A DNA stretch of 64,000 nt, from NCBI GenBank assembly GCA_036172245.1, contig JAYWIR010000017.1, positions 1,798,001-1,862,000 on the forward strand. Direction: 5' to 3'. A program made the translations under genes and the position numbers. A model generated the notes under the pieces. That model was not told where the DNA came from. It saw only the letters and a list, made by a program, of their open reading frames with translations, and searched no databases. Below, one piece after another: positions 28,600-41,421 of this stretch. The stretch's first letter is position 1. Each line of letters begins with the position of its first letter. Source of the DNA: Raillietiella orientalis. Its lineage: Eukaryota.

Positions 28600-29640
28600 G
28601 CAGTCAGCTTCCACTATCAGCATGAATCTACGATCAGATTGATAACGCGAAAGGAGATGCATACGTAGAAATGCATACATACTCAGAAAATTCCAGCCCA
28701 CACTGAGGGACGAATCTTTGGAACGATCTTAGTTTGAAGCGTCCATCAACACTTCTTCCAATCTCCAATCCTCGAATTTGCAGAGATCCTATCACAATTG
28801 CTCCTACAATGGCAGGCACTCCTTCGGTAGCGAAATGTAGAGCCAGCCCTCAACATTTGCTCATTTTCTTTTGTCTTTCATCTTGCAGTACTGTTGATGA
28901 ATATTCATGAGGGCAAGCGACATCCAGTATAACTACCTTCTCTTCGCCCCGGGGCACTAGATCTTGCTTTAAGTTTGGATCTGCTGAACATTCTGGCAAA
29001 TGGGCTTTTTGATTAGGCCATCAGCTCGTCATGCCTTCCCGTAATCATTATCTGGTGGTTGAAGGTGCAAAAGCAGCGATTTCTCTCGTTTTTTGCATAT
29101 TCTGTGCAGATGATCGGTGCCGTTTCTGGTGTGCGATGTTCTCACGGACAGAGGGTTCAGTCGTGCTACGTGAATACATCTACATTCCTCTGGCTGGAAG
29201 TGTTCGCCGTTGAATAGAAAACTCTCCCAGTCCCGATGCCGCCCGACGCGGCACATGGTCTTGTCTCGATCCAGGTGTGCTGCAACAAGATATCACCGTG
29301 CTGCCTTGCCTTAAACCGTGCATTGGTATTGAGGTGATTTTCTTCCTTGTCTGCGCATCCAATCTTGAGCACCCGGATGTTTTCTTGAGTATTCCTCCCT
29401 CGGCAATCTTGTTTCTCCGGAACTCCTGCTTTCTCAATTGTTCAAATGCTCCTGATATCCACTGCTAGCTTTCCCTTGATTGGTCGGGACACAATTTCCA
29501 TCCTGTGCCTGCAGCCGCTTACCGTGACCGAGCGCAACGTCTTTTGGTATTGCCTGATCTGGAGAGTTCAAGAGTTTGAAATAATTGTGAGCAGGGAACT
29601 TATTGGTCTAGTTGAGTACAACGGATAGGCCAAGGCATCC
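28600..29640 (-). mobile_element. Second decayed RLE-type (NeSL/R2-group) non-LTR fragment
   Basis: Minus strand reads RPISSLLT (about 29600), PCAASGGIG (about 29240), then DPNLKQDLV..EKVVILDVACPHE..RQKKMSKC (about 28980-28855, a PD..D..K..KY-type RLE core) and AIVIGSL. Confidence 0.75.
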
Positions 29641-32099
29641 CGTTGGCTTACCTGCAGGCAAGTACACATTGGCATATGGGGCAGAAGAACAAAGAGCTCT
29701 ATCGGGTTTTGAATCACATTTTGCTTAACTCGCCTTGCGGAACTTCTGCTTCCATGAATTCTGTTAAGTTAAATATCCATGAAGTGCCACGTAAGCAACC
29801 GGTTGTTCTTGCAGATCCATGAGCAGAAATTTTTTTCACGTTTTTCTGTGGTATTTTGTTTGCTTAATATCTCTCTCTATCACATGTCGTGCTTATTTCC
29901 GAAAACAGCTGATGCGACCTTTTAACTCTTTCAGGAGAGAGGTGCTACGGACTTGACGGAAAATGCAGCATCCTAGAAACCATTTCTCTTATTGCGTTTT
30001 TTATGATATCGAGCTTTAATTGAAGCAACGATTACATTCCCCTCTTTTTTATTGCAGATTTTAGCACAAGACCTGCTTAAGGCAGTGCCAACTTAATCTT
30101 CACCGTGAAAGTTTCGTTTTTCTTTTTCTAGGGTAGAACAAAATAACGAATATTAAATATCACAGTTTCGTTTCCAGTAAATGATGAATACTGAATTTTT
30201 ATTATTTACTTTTAGCAATATTTTCTTTTGCAAAGCTACTGAAGAAACTGCCTCTCATATGCAAATAAGTCAATCAAAGCTCAACTCTCACAACTTCAGG
30301 GAAAATGGCGGCATTGCGGAAGTGCAATTCCAGTCGCAGCTTCCGATCAACTTTTCATATCAATCCACAATCTGCCGAAAGCTCCATTTTTATCCCCTTT
30401 CATTTAGCTAATTACTTCCATTTGCACCTTTTATTTCTATCTTTTTCAAACTGTGCACGCATCCTCAAGGTGGCAATTGCTTCGAATATTGATTTCAGGC
30501 AGCAGACTTTATGGCTTCTTGTTCAGTGCTAAGCACATTGCCCTAAAAGATTTGGAATATTTTCCAAGATCTGGTTTTAATGCCATTGGTTGCACTTAGT
30601 TAAGTGGAAATTTCCCAATCTCCAAGTGAGAGGTAAATGATGGATAAAACGCGTGGATATCCATCATTATCACGCATGCCAAATATTTTGGTTATTATGC
30701 CAAAATATCTGATACCACAAACTTTCGGACGATTGCTCTTCGGTAAACTGACTCTCCTTAAATGGCGGATAGCAATGAGTCTCAAGGAGGAATTGGTAAG
30801 ATCTCGCAAACTCCTAGTTTAACGATTTCTTTTAAATCTTCTCTATCAATTTCCTACTAATCCTTGATTTTATGATTATTACTGAATTAGCAGTTTGTTC
30901 ACATCCTTCATGAAACAGCTTCCATTTTAGTCAGAGACGTAGGCATTTCTTGATATAAGCATGACTGTTTATGAGACTTCGTCTTTGTCACAATTACTGC
31001 TACATATAAACAAGAAGGAAAACGCGAAGATCAATTTTTCAGAGTGCTTTTACAATGTTTTTCCACAAACCAGTCGAGGGAATCCTCGTTTCCGTGCACA
31101 AACCGAGACCATTTACCATCCACTTTAGCTATGCTCACTGATCTCCTCTTGCTAACTCAAGCACGCAACATTGTGATCCAGAGAATTCCATTTGAAAATC
31201 TCTCAACTGTTCTCTCAAATCGACAGCCAAACCTTTCTCTAGACTTTTTTTTTTCGTTGATGCATCCACTTGGAAATTGCTACTATCTATGATCTGTTCC
31301 GTTTGCTAAGAAAAACTGCCTAAAAGCATCATCCTCAGGACTTTCTCAAACGCTGCTTTTTAAACCGTGCACTTATGTTTTCTTCTGCGAGCTTAGATTT
31401 CCAATAGAAGAGAAGCGCAACGTGAAATGAGTATCTAATTTCGAGTCTGTGCTAGAGCTCTTTCGCAGTGAAAGAATTATTTTTTCTGCCACTGTACGAA
31501 AGTGCTTTTTTACTCCTGACATTTCCTAAAATGTAGATCATGTGCACTCCGTGTTATGATCGTGAAGTAAAAGAGGATTGTGAAAAGATCCTTCCTTTTT
31601 TTCAAACATCCAAATTTCTAAAAGGCTACCTTATGCATTTTCGTTGTGATCAGTCTTCCTTTACCACACTTAAAAATACAAAAAAGACCCATATCTGCCC
31701 AGAACTGTGAATTTTCAGAAATGATTTGTTGTCCCATCAGAAGATCAAGATTAACTTTTCAGAATGCTTGTTTTTTTGATGACGTATCTATCCTAGGATT
31801 ACCAAATCTATGGAGTAAATCCTTGGAATAATTATCTGAAAATGACTCATTTCTTATATGGTTGAATCACAAGATGGAACTGATGACAAAATAAACGCAT
31901 TTTTATTTTTTTACTTACACTGAAACTTCTTAGATTCTAGGTCCAAAATCAGCGACATTTTCTTCTCTACTCTTCTGCACCTTGGATTTTTCTTCCTCCT
32001 TAAGAACGCCATCAAATACTTTACTCCGGTTCATTCTTTAGGTCAGATACTGTACTGAATTTTTTCAGAAATTTTCCAAGATTCACTGCATCTTTCCTT

Positions 32100-32700
32100 T
32101 CCTATAGAAGCGAGAATGACGCCTGCTCCGATTCTCGATTTTCGGTCTCTCCCTCTGGTTAACAGAGTGCGAAGAAGAATAAAAATCTTCGCGGTATCGA
32201 AAATTCGGCTCGGGAAATGTGCTGGAATTTTTCCAGTAAATCAACTGAGTGTCTGCCAGCGAGCGATGGGTCTCCGATGTATTCATAACAGGTGATTGCA
32301 GTCTGTAAATTTTCACACCGAGAGCAACTAATAAAACATCTCTTGCCAGACTTGAGCAATGCCAAAATGTTCATCGTGCTGCCGAATGGCATAAGTTAAT
32401 TTCCAGCATGCCCGTGAGTGCACATATCCTTCAAAAGAAAAAAAAAAAAAGAAGACTTTTTTCTCAGAAAGGACGTGCATCTGACTGCTTCCGCTATAAT
32501 TCTATTCACGTTATGGAGCAACTTATAATTGATCCCTTGACAGGATGCCAAAGTGAACGGTTGCAGCGCGAGATTTTCATTCCAAATCCTGTCACTTTAA
32601 AAGAAATTTATTTCCCTGGTGATCAATGGAATCTGGCTGTCGAAACTCATTTTATTGGGTGTTTCAATGGCTCGGTGATTTAGGAAGCTCAGTGTCTTCT
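32100..32700 (-). mobile_element. Decayed hAT transposase core fragment
   Basis: ORF 32159-32392 FGSTMNILA..SGKRCFISCS...LAGRHSVDLLEKFQHISRAEFSI resembles the T.D.W...F.S.T / G.HT...I.....EF.I region of hAT transposases. Confidence 0.4.
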
Positions 32701-34539
32701 CGAAAAACTTGTTGCATTCAAGGATTGCAACTTGTAGTACATATATTAAATCGTTGGGCACTTATTTGCGTAAGCTGGAAGTCATTGACGTCAGTATGCT
32801 CGGAAGGTGATTCATAACCGCGTTCTTTAAGTAAACAAGAACTCAAAATCCTTGTTTTCAATCAAGAAATTTGTCTATTGAGAAAGAAATCCTTATTTTC
32901 AATGAGGTCTTCAAATGTGTCGGGTCATGTGTCATTTGTGAGGTGAGCTTTTTGAAATCTGAATCGTTCCAACACCCAAAAATGGTGCTGTTTATCACTC
33001 CATCAAACAGATGAAAATGTAGTCGAGGCAGTCCAGACTTTTGCTCATTAATAATGTAATTCTCTCTAAATATCCGTAAAGTGAATGCCGAAAATGGCTC
33101 TTGAAACTGAAATTTACATGCAACCAGAATGGATTGTTCTCGTTTCCATCTCTATTCTCCGCCATCATAACCTCTGCTTCGTGAACATGGTCCTTAACTA
33201 GCTTTTCACATGTATAAAAGTCCACTTTCATGTGCTTTTTTTTCATTCAGAAATCAATGAGTGTTTTGTGAAGGTGAAGTAACTAATAAATAGGCAAGCT
33301 TCTCTGGAAGATGTGGTAAGCTGGTTTTTCAAAACAAACAAAATTTGCACAGCCAAAAAAAAAAAAAAAAGCAAAGGTGATGCAGTCAATTGTTTTAGGT
33401 TTTCACACATTCGAGACTACTTTTCTGAAGGATCATCTAATGACGCAAAACATGCAAATGCTTTTTCCACTGGTTGCCTGAACTCAGATAAAAGACTTCC
33501 TCAAATTGCATGGATGCACTTCAGGAGAGCAAACATAGTTTCTAAGGAACAACAGAGTGCACAAAGATTGAAGACAAACAAATGTACTACTGCTGCCCAG
33601 GCAAAAAAAAAAAGGGATTGATTTTCATGTGCTTTTGTGATTCCCACTGATCTGCTCCTGCTTTGAAGATGGAAAAGCACTGTGAATTAAATAGTATTTA
33701 TTTAACGCCAAGAGCTGATGAAGAAGTCGACAACATCATCGAAGGCGAACAAGAAATGCCAAAGAAGAAAGTTCCGGATCTCACAATGCGGATCCGACTT
33801 ACTAATTGTTCCAAGTGGGAAAAATTCCGATTTCGCTCCAAATTTATAATTTTCAAAGTAGAAATTCCTGTCATGAGATGAACACGAAAACTACTGCAGA
33901 CAGTTACAACCGTATTGAAACTCAGAATTTATACATAAAAATTATCATAAGAAAAGATGGCTGCTTGTTAGTTTGTTAGTTTGCCGTTTAGAACTGTCCC
34001 ATGACAGCCATCTTCAGTAGAGTTTTTTCCTTCTGTGCTTCTATTGCTTTTGAAATTTTCAGAGTTCCAACTTGATGAATCTCTCCATTTTTTATGTGGA
34101 AAGCAATGCAATCGTTTCCTTTGAAGGACACATTTGAGGACTAGTGGAGTTTCCTTTCAACATAGGTTTCTTAGAAACCTATGAATCGGTTCTCTATAGG
34201 TTCACTATGAAGACATTGTACCATCTTTGATAGCGACACAAAATTGCACTTTGAGAAATTAGAAGATCGGGTGTGATAGCCGTGGGTTGTATTTCGTTTT
34301 AGACTGCACCTGTCAGTGAACATGATTTTCCGAAAACCAAATTTTCCTGAAATCTTGAAAAAGCTGCTTAAGATGTGGTGGCCATTCATTCATCAGTCTC
34401 ATGATTTTCTTCATCAGGTCTTTTCTTAAACCTCTTCAAAAGCATAGTTTCACAATCTACTTGCAAACAAGTTAACTGCTTACAAGTAACATGCCAAGAT
34501 GGAACCACGGCAGCAAAGGATGTATACTAGAGTCTTGGT

Positions 34540-34997
34540 GCTTTCTGTGAGAGCAAAAGTCTGCTGAAATCCGGTACAGTGGTCACGAGCTGTCGATGAA
34601 ACTGGAGGAAACCTATGAATGAAGTTTTGATCTAGACAAGGTTGTTAGCAGAGCAAACCTCGGAGTGGTGCAGAACCAAAACAAAGAACGATTTCGTTTC
34701 ACTCGTATCCGCTAGTGCCCACCAGCAACGGAAAAGGAAGAAAAAAATGGTGTACGAAGTTGCATCTTGCGTCTCCCAGTTTTCCATGCAGGAAATAGAC
34801 TGAAGACGAAACAAGAGTTATGAAGACATTTGGAATAATCAATTGGTACTCTTCTTAGACGAGTTCCTTTTTCTTTCTTTCTTTCTCTTGTCCGCAGCTT
34901 CGAAAGAAAGGACAAAGTTTAGGGCTGAATTAAGAACACGTAGTGACTGTGTAGCTGACATCTGAAGAGTTCCCTGCCTTAAGGCAGAACGACTGAT
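34540..34997 (+). repeat. 458-bp inverted repeat, copy A
   Basis: Reverse complement of 40964-41421, with only about 2 mismatches seen. An identical 60-aa ORF appears at 34632-34814(-) and 41147-41329(+). Confidence 0.95.
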
Positions 34998-37280
34998 CTT
35001 GATCTGAAGGATCTGAGCAAGTTCTAAGATGGAGACAAGACTTCCTGAGGAAGTGCCTCAAGAAAAGAGTATCTAGTAAAGGTACAATTCTCCTGTAGAG
35101 ATTGCTCCTTCTTAATGAATGCTTTAAAAACTAATGTTTAAATATCTCTTTTGATTTTTATTTCATCAAGGCATATTGTCACTCTCTAACCAAAAGCTAT
35201 GATTCTGTTACCAATAGTAATGTTACCGTTCAATAAAAAACATGCAATTGCGCTGCAGATTTGGTAAGAAACTGCATGATTTTTTATTCCCTTATGATAC
35301 GAAATTTTTGCAGAAGCTTGATTTTTTTTACGGGTGGCACCCCCTTATGGTAGTGCTTTGAAGGGGGGTGGTGAGGAAGGATTTCAATTTTCTACAGATC
35401 CCACAAGAGGTGAGGTGATTTTTTTTTTTTTTATCGACAACTTTTAACAAAAGAACTCAACAGATGTTTGAACCAACTTTTAACCGTGTTTGAACAACAC
35501 TAGCACAACACTGCACTTTGGTACTGAAGTCCACCACTGAGTGTTGCATTCCGTCTCCGTCCTGAGCGCTGTTCTCCCTGGATCGTTACTTTTAAAAGCA
35601 TAGAGAGTTGCATCGGTGCTGCTTTGCACTCATCAGGCCACCTGCAGTTTAAGCAGGATATACCTGAGCTCCCGTGCAGGCACCTTTCCGCAGTTGCGGA
35701 TGCTGATCTCCATCAGCAGTCCAAGCATAATCTCCTTTACTGGCACATTCATCCTCCGGATGAGCTTCCACTTCTCATGATGTTGGTGATGAGGAAGGCT
35801 ACGGTTGTCCTTACCATGAGTTGTACCTCAAGGCCACTTCATTTCAGGGAGGATTCCACCCATGATCCCTATTGGTAATATCTTCCGCAAGTCTGCCACC
35901 TATCGAACTGCTTTCCAGTCCTTGGTCAGCGTCCAGCAGGTGAGCATGTGGTACTAGGTAGTAGTACTTCAATGATATTTTTTTAAGTACGATTTTTTCT
36001 AATGATAATAATGATATTTCACTATTCATTTCACTTTCACCATGCAAACCCTAGAAAGGATTTGCTTTGATGGTAGAGTGAAGGCAGCAACTCAACAGGC
36101 AGTACAGGGACCCACATACGATCGCAAGCAAAATGTACTTTTGGAAACAGCCGTGAGCAGCTGTTTCCAAGCACGCAGCCTCTGAATATGTTTCCTTTTC
36201 TATCTCACTCCAGAGCTGTGCGAACCTTATTGCACTTGAATTCTGACCCGAGTGACCCGAAGAGATTTTCTGAATCTGAATGCGAAGAAAGCTCCTAAAG
36301 TCTTAGGGGTCGAGGGTCGATTCTCTATGAAAATGTTTCGACCTTTGCGCGCCCGAGCACATCGCCAGATGGCCACACTGTGAACATCTGTCCACTTTCT
36401 GACCTTTGACTATTCGATGCTTGTCCCATGAGGAGAAAGCAAGGGGGAAGACAATTTTAGATGCACGCATTGGATATTAAAAAAATGTATGCACAGCAAA
36501 GAAAACTGAAAGTTTGGAGCATCGATTGTGTTTGTTTATCGGTGGCCTTTTCTTCTTTTTTTGTTTTGAATTGTGGCGTTTTCCATCTAGAGAAAATTAG
36601 CTTGTTTTAGAAGTAGATGCCAAAAAGTTTATTGAAGAGTCACTGCTCGCACGGGGAAGATCTTGCGGGCTACACCTACATCCACTTTTTTTTCTCCAAG
36701 TCTCGTTACCCTTAGATATCGTGTCACATGGGATACAAAAAATAACGTTCTTTGTATGCATGTCGAAACGGTTAAATGTCTTTTCAACGTCTCCTGCAAG
36801 TTCCCGTAATCTTTCAAATCAACTTTTCCGACTCCCGAACGGAGAAACGGAGCGGTGAAGATGGCTTTTTCTTCTGCTGGACCTCGCTCGCGTACTTACG
36901 TTCTTCAATTTGGTTCCAACGTCTTGTTTTCTGATATCCCTCAGTTCGTGATTTCGAGATGGCCTGCCCGTGCACGATTCACAACTGGTGCATCGTGCCT
37001 GACTCGAGGTCAGAAACCATTCTCTCACAGTAATAAGTCTATTCAGTTGTTCCAGTTCCTGTTTCTTGGCATGGTTTTTAGTCGATGTGGACTGTGGAAA
37101 CCACGTGCAGTTCGCGTTTCCTTTGCCTATGAGGTTACCCTGTGGATCCGACCTTGTTTGGGATTTTCGGTGAAAGAAACTTGTCAGGATGCAAAAACGC
37201 GTTTTGGCAAAACAGGAATCGGAGGAGCTCATTCGTGAACTTTGCGAACCAACGGACGGTTATGGGATTATTCCACAGGC

Positions 37281-37568
37281 CAGCGTTCCCCAAACTGTGT
37301 CCAGCGGAACACTGGTGTTTCGCGGAAAGTCAATGAGTGTTCCGTGAAAAATTATAAGAATTTTACATAATTAAAATTTTAGAATAAATATAAGCGGTTG
37401 TAAACACGTCAAATGGCAAAAATTTGTTTAAAATGTTTCTTAAAAACAGGAGGGATTTGATGCAGGGGTTTTCAAAAAGCTTGTTCCACGGGATCGAAAG
37501 TGTTTCCAAAAAAATGGTGACTGCGTAGAAGAATGACGTGATGATGATGCACATGTTTGGAACCACCA
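37281..37568. mobile_element. Possible hAT Charlie/Buster-type MITE
   Basis: Starts cagcgttccccaaactgtg with repeated gtgttcc/ggaacac subterminal motifs. The degenerate right end is gtttggaaccacc. No TSD seen. Confidence 0.4.
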
Positions 37569-38859
37569 ATACATTTTTGTTTCTCTTATTTGTTCTTTAT
37601 ATCCTCGCGGCCCTTACTTTTGACATGCGCCTCGTATAAAGACACATTTCTGTATCTTGGACTCGTGTGCTGCATTTCGCTACTTTGAGAACCGCCTTCA
37701 GGAAATATGAAAAAAAAAAAAAAAACGGAGTTTTTAGTTTCCATTTGAAATATGAAATGAGCTTCCCTTACATAACACAAACTAATCCAGGACAGTAGGG
37801 TAGAAGTTTTATGCTGCATTTATGCTGAGCATAAGTGTGATAGCTCACTCGCTAGTCTGTAATAAAGCAGTATCCATGATCAGATACGACTATTGGAAGT
37901 TTATACATCCTGAAACCTATGCGGTAAATTTGAGCTAAATCATCGAATCCCGAAAAGGAAACCAAAGATACTGTGAAAAGATACAGTGCCTATATCGAGT
38001 GAAGACAGCTCGATATTTTTTCCGTTTCATTTTTAATTTATACATAAGACTGAATGAATCACAAACTTTAATGAATAACACATACAGCCGGAAACACTTA
38101 CTATTGTATTAAGAGGACATGTAAATAATATTGAATTTAATTAATCGAGAGTATGAAAGATCCCTCGGAAAGAACGCAAATTTTTTTTGCAGGGAATCCA
38201 CAGCTTTCACGAGACACTCGGAGGAGCAGGAAAAGAGGAACTCATCAAAATCATCATTTTCATACCTTTTTAGTTGATGGAAATGAATGGCATAATGTCC
38301 TTCTTTCTTGAGATAACAAAGTCTTGGAGTCTTGGAGATATGGATGAATTTCTGGAGGATAATTTGGTAATGAAGGTAGTACGTAAAATGGAATTATGTT
38401 GAACTTCACAAGCCTACTGTCTTCATTTCTGACATCAAATGACCCCTCGGTCTCAGCAAACCAAATCAGAGACTAAAGTTTTCAAATTCCTTTCATTACA
38501 AGGACAGTTTTTCACTGAGAGTTCTCATTATATTTCATTTCATCCGAAGCTGCGGGTTTCAGATAACGTAGAGGAGAATCTGTTTTTTTGATTCGTTGCA
38601 GAATATCGCGATCGCTGTCTATGAAAACAAACACAACTACAACCAAACTATCAATGAGTACACTTAGAAAGCAGTATCGATTGGGTTAAAATGACTTACC
38701 TCGAGGTTTAAAGATAAGATAGATCAGCAGAAGGCCAGTTTTGAATTATAAACTGATGTGCTCAATGGACATAAGGTTCAAAGTTAATTAGCTGTTCGCT
38801 TTTCACTTCAATGAAAAATAATGTCAATGCTTTGTTGTCCGTATTCGTTCCTATTAATA

Positions 38860-39790
38860 TTAAAGAGTCTTAATCTCTACCAGAGACCCAGAGTTTCCTT
38901 GAAGGAAACCCAGCAATGAAGACAAGGAGGCTACTACCACCACTCCCGCATACTCAGGTACATCGAGGTGGTGAGGGGAAAGTTCACCCACCGTACGTGC
39001 AAAGTGTGGAATAACCACATTAACTACGCGTGGTCCAGGCTGAACAAGAAAAACTTCCACCTTCTCATACCTGAAGAGGATAAGGACATCCATGATCTTT
39101 AGGAAGCTGCCAATCTCCACGGAAGTGACACCGTCAACCTGCTAGCTATTGGAACGACTCTCTGGACGAGTGACCTGCCGCCGGACACCCAAGATAACCT
39201 CCTGATGTTCTATCACGGAGGAATGCTGAGTGGTTGCAGAATGAAACATTGGACGGGCAATCGAACAGAAGAGGATTGCAGAGCATGTGGTGACGTGGAT
39301 ACAAGACTTCACATCTTGACCTATCCCACAATGCACCAAGAATGGAAAACCCTGAAGAGGGTCATAGAGCTGCCAAACAACACAAAGATGGAAATTCTGG
39401 CCGAGATGTTCCAGGAAACCTCAAACGTTACAACCCGATGGTCAGGACGACCATCGCCCTATTCACCTCCATCCTTATACAATGGTGGAAGATGAGGAAC
39501 GCCAGGATAGCCACATCTCCCCTGGAAATCCTGAAAGGAATTATCCAAAGGGAGATCGGCATCAGGAACTGTGGAAGAGTGCAGTCCTGGACGTACCGCT
39601 ACATTCTGAAAAGGATTGACAACACCGTGCAACACCGGCACACCCAACGCCCAGTCTCCCCTAGTGCATAGACCCAAGTGCAGTCCCCCAAAGGAAGTGA
39701 ACTTAAGGAAACAGTTAACCTGTGCCCTGTCTTGAGTGAATGTGTTTTGTAGAGAGTGAAGGTAGATAAATAAACTTATTCCATCCTTCG
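38860..39790 (+). mobile_element. 5'-truncated LINE 3' end
   Basis: Higher-GC insert in AT-rich DNA. Zinc-knuckle remnant CRACGDVDTRLHIL (39277), downstream WWKMRNAR (W..RN motif of L1/Tx1-type ORF2 ends) and AATAAA at about 39768. Confidence 0.7.
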
Positions 39791-40963
39791 TGGGACTAGG
39801 GAAAACTAAAGAATCATAATTACTTTTCTCTAGCAGCACAGTTACGTATATTAGATCTCACTATTCATGAGTGAGAATTGCGAATTGCGCGAAATAAAGG
39901 CATCTTCAAGAAAACAACAGTTTCTTTTGCTCGCGAGAAATAATATTTTGATTTTCTTATTTTCACTCTTTGTAGCTGATTTCTGTTCGTTAAACGCTCT
40001 TTCTATGAAATCTGTTGATACTTGCTCAATTTCGTAAGTGGGAAACTCGAGTGACATGGATCTCTTTGGGGATTCAAGGAAATGCTTCCATACCTATCTT
40101 GCTTGCATTTAATCCAGATTCCATTCCAAGGACAGTAAACTTAACTGATTGTGGTAGGTAGTCATTGCTGACGCTTGCAAATGAATATGTTCGAGGAGTC
40201 ATTTTATACAAGTACTGGATGATATTTCGTGAAATCCGGAAGACGCCAAGAATTTTGATTCTCTCTCCAAAAAAAAAATACTCAATATTTAGAAATGGGA
40301 AAATTCTTGCTGACTGTTTTCCTAAACATTATCATCCACAGTATTTCACAATAACATAGGATGAATTTTTGTCTCACAAACTTAATGCTGGTTTCATCTA
40401 GTCTTTTAGCATGCTCGACTTCCTATTTTCCTAAAGTTGGGATTCCTGCTTCTGAAAGTTTTAAGTAGCTAAGAATTCTGATTAATAAAAACTGTTAAAA
40501 ATCTTTTCATTCACTCTGATCATTAGCCTTTTTCAAGGATAATTCCTCCAGGTCGTATTTTATCTTCACGATTTTCATCACCATATCTCAAGTTTTCATT
40601 AAAACATGTTCTTCTACAATTCTGATCTTTAAATGATACTGAAAGGGAAGAATTAACGCCAAACCAGTATATTTAAAGCGAATTTACCTGAAGAAACTTT
40701 ACCTAAAATATGATGCGCAAACATAGGAAAACAGCAAAAACGTGTTATTTTATGTAAGTTATTTTTCACGTACGAGTGAACGGCAATGCATCTTCAGGGA
40801 TGTAAGTGCGTTTCAGTGTTTTTCTACAATAAAAGCTTAACATACGTGTCTACCGGACAGTTTTCATCACGGAGAATGGAGACATCCGCTCCTTCAGAAT
40901 CTCTCTCACTCACATGAGAAATCTTCATAGTTGTCTTTTCTGAAGATGAAACGCATCACCAAC

Positions 40964-41421
40964 ATCAGTCGTTCTGCCTTAAGGCAGGGAACTCTTCAGA
41001 TGTCAGCTACACAGTCACTACGTGTTCTTAATTCAGCCCTAAACTTCGTCCTTTCTTTCGAAGCTGCGGACAAGAGAAAGAAAGAAAGAAAAAGGAACTC
41101 GTCTAAGAAGAGTACCAATTGATTATTCCAAATGTCTTCATAACTCTTGTTTCGTCTTCAGTCTATTTCCTGCATGGAAAACTGGGAGACGCAAGATGCA
41201 ACTTCGTACACCATTTTTTTCTTCCTTTTCCGTTGCTGGTGGGCACTAGCGGATACGAGTGAAACGAAATCGTTCTTTGTTTTGGTTCTGCACCACTCCG
41301 AGGTTTGCTCTGCTAACAACCTTGTCTAGATCAAAACTTCATTCATAGGTTTCCTCCAGTTTCATCGACAGCTCGTGACCACTGTACCGGATTTCAGCAG
41401 ACTTTTGCTCTCACACAAAGC
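40964..41421 (-). repeat. 458-bp inverted repeat, copy B
   Basis: Begins atcagtcgttctgccttaagg and ends acttttgctctcacacaaagc; reverse complement of copy A. Confidence 0.95.

Noticed and set aside
33954..34014. 10-bp inverted repeat aagatggctg...cagccatctt
   Set aside because: Too short; no TSD or other support.
34632..41329. Identical 60-aa ORF at two places
   Set aside because: By-product of the inverted duplication; non-ATG start and no protein features.
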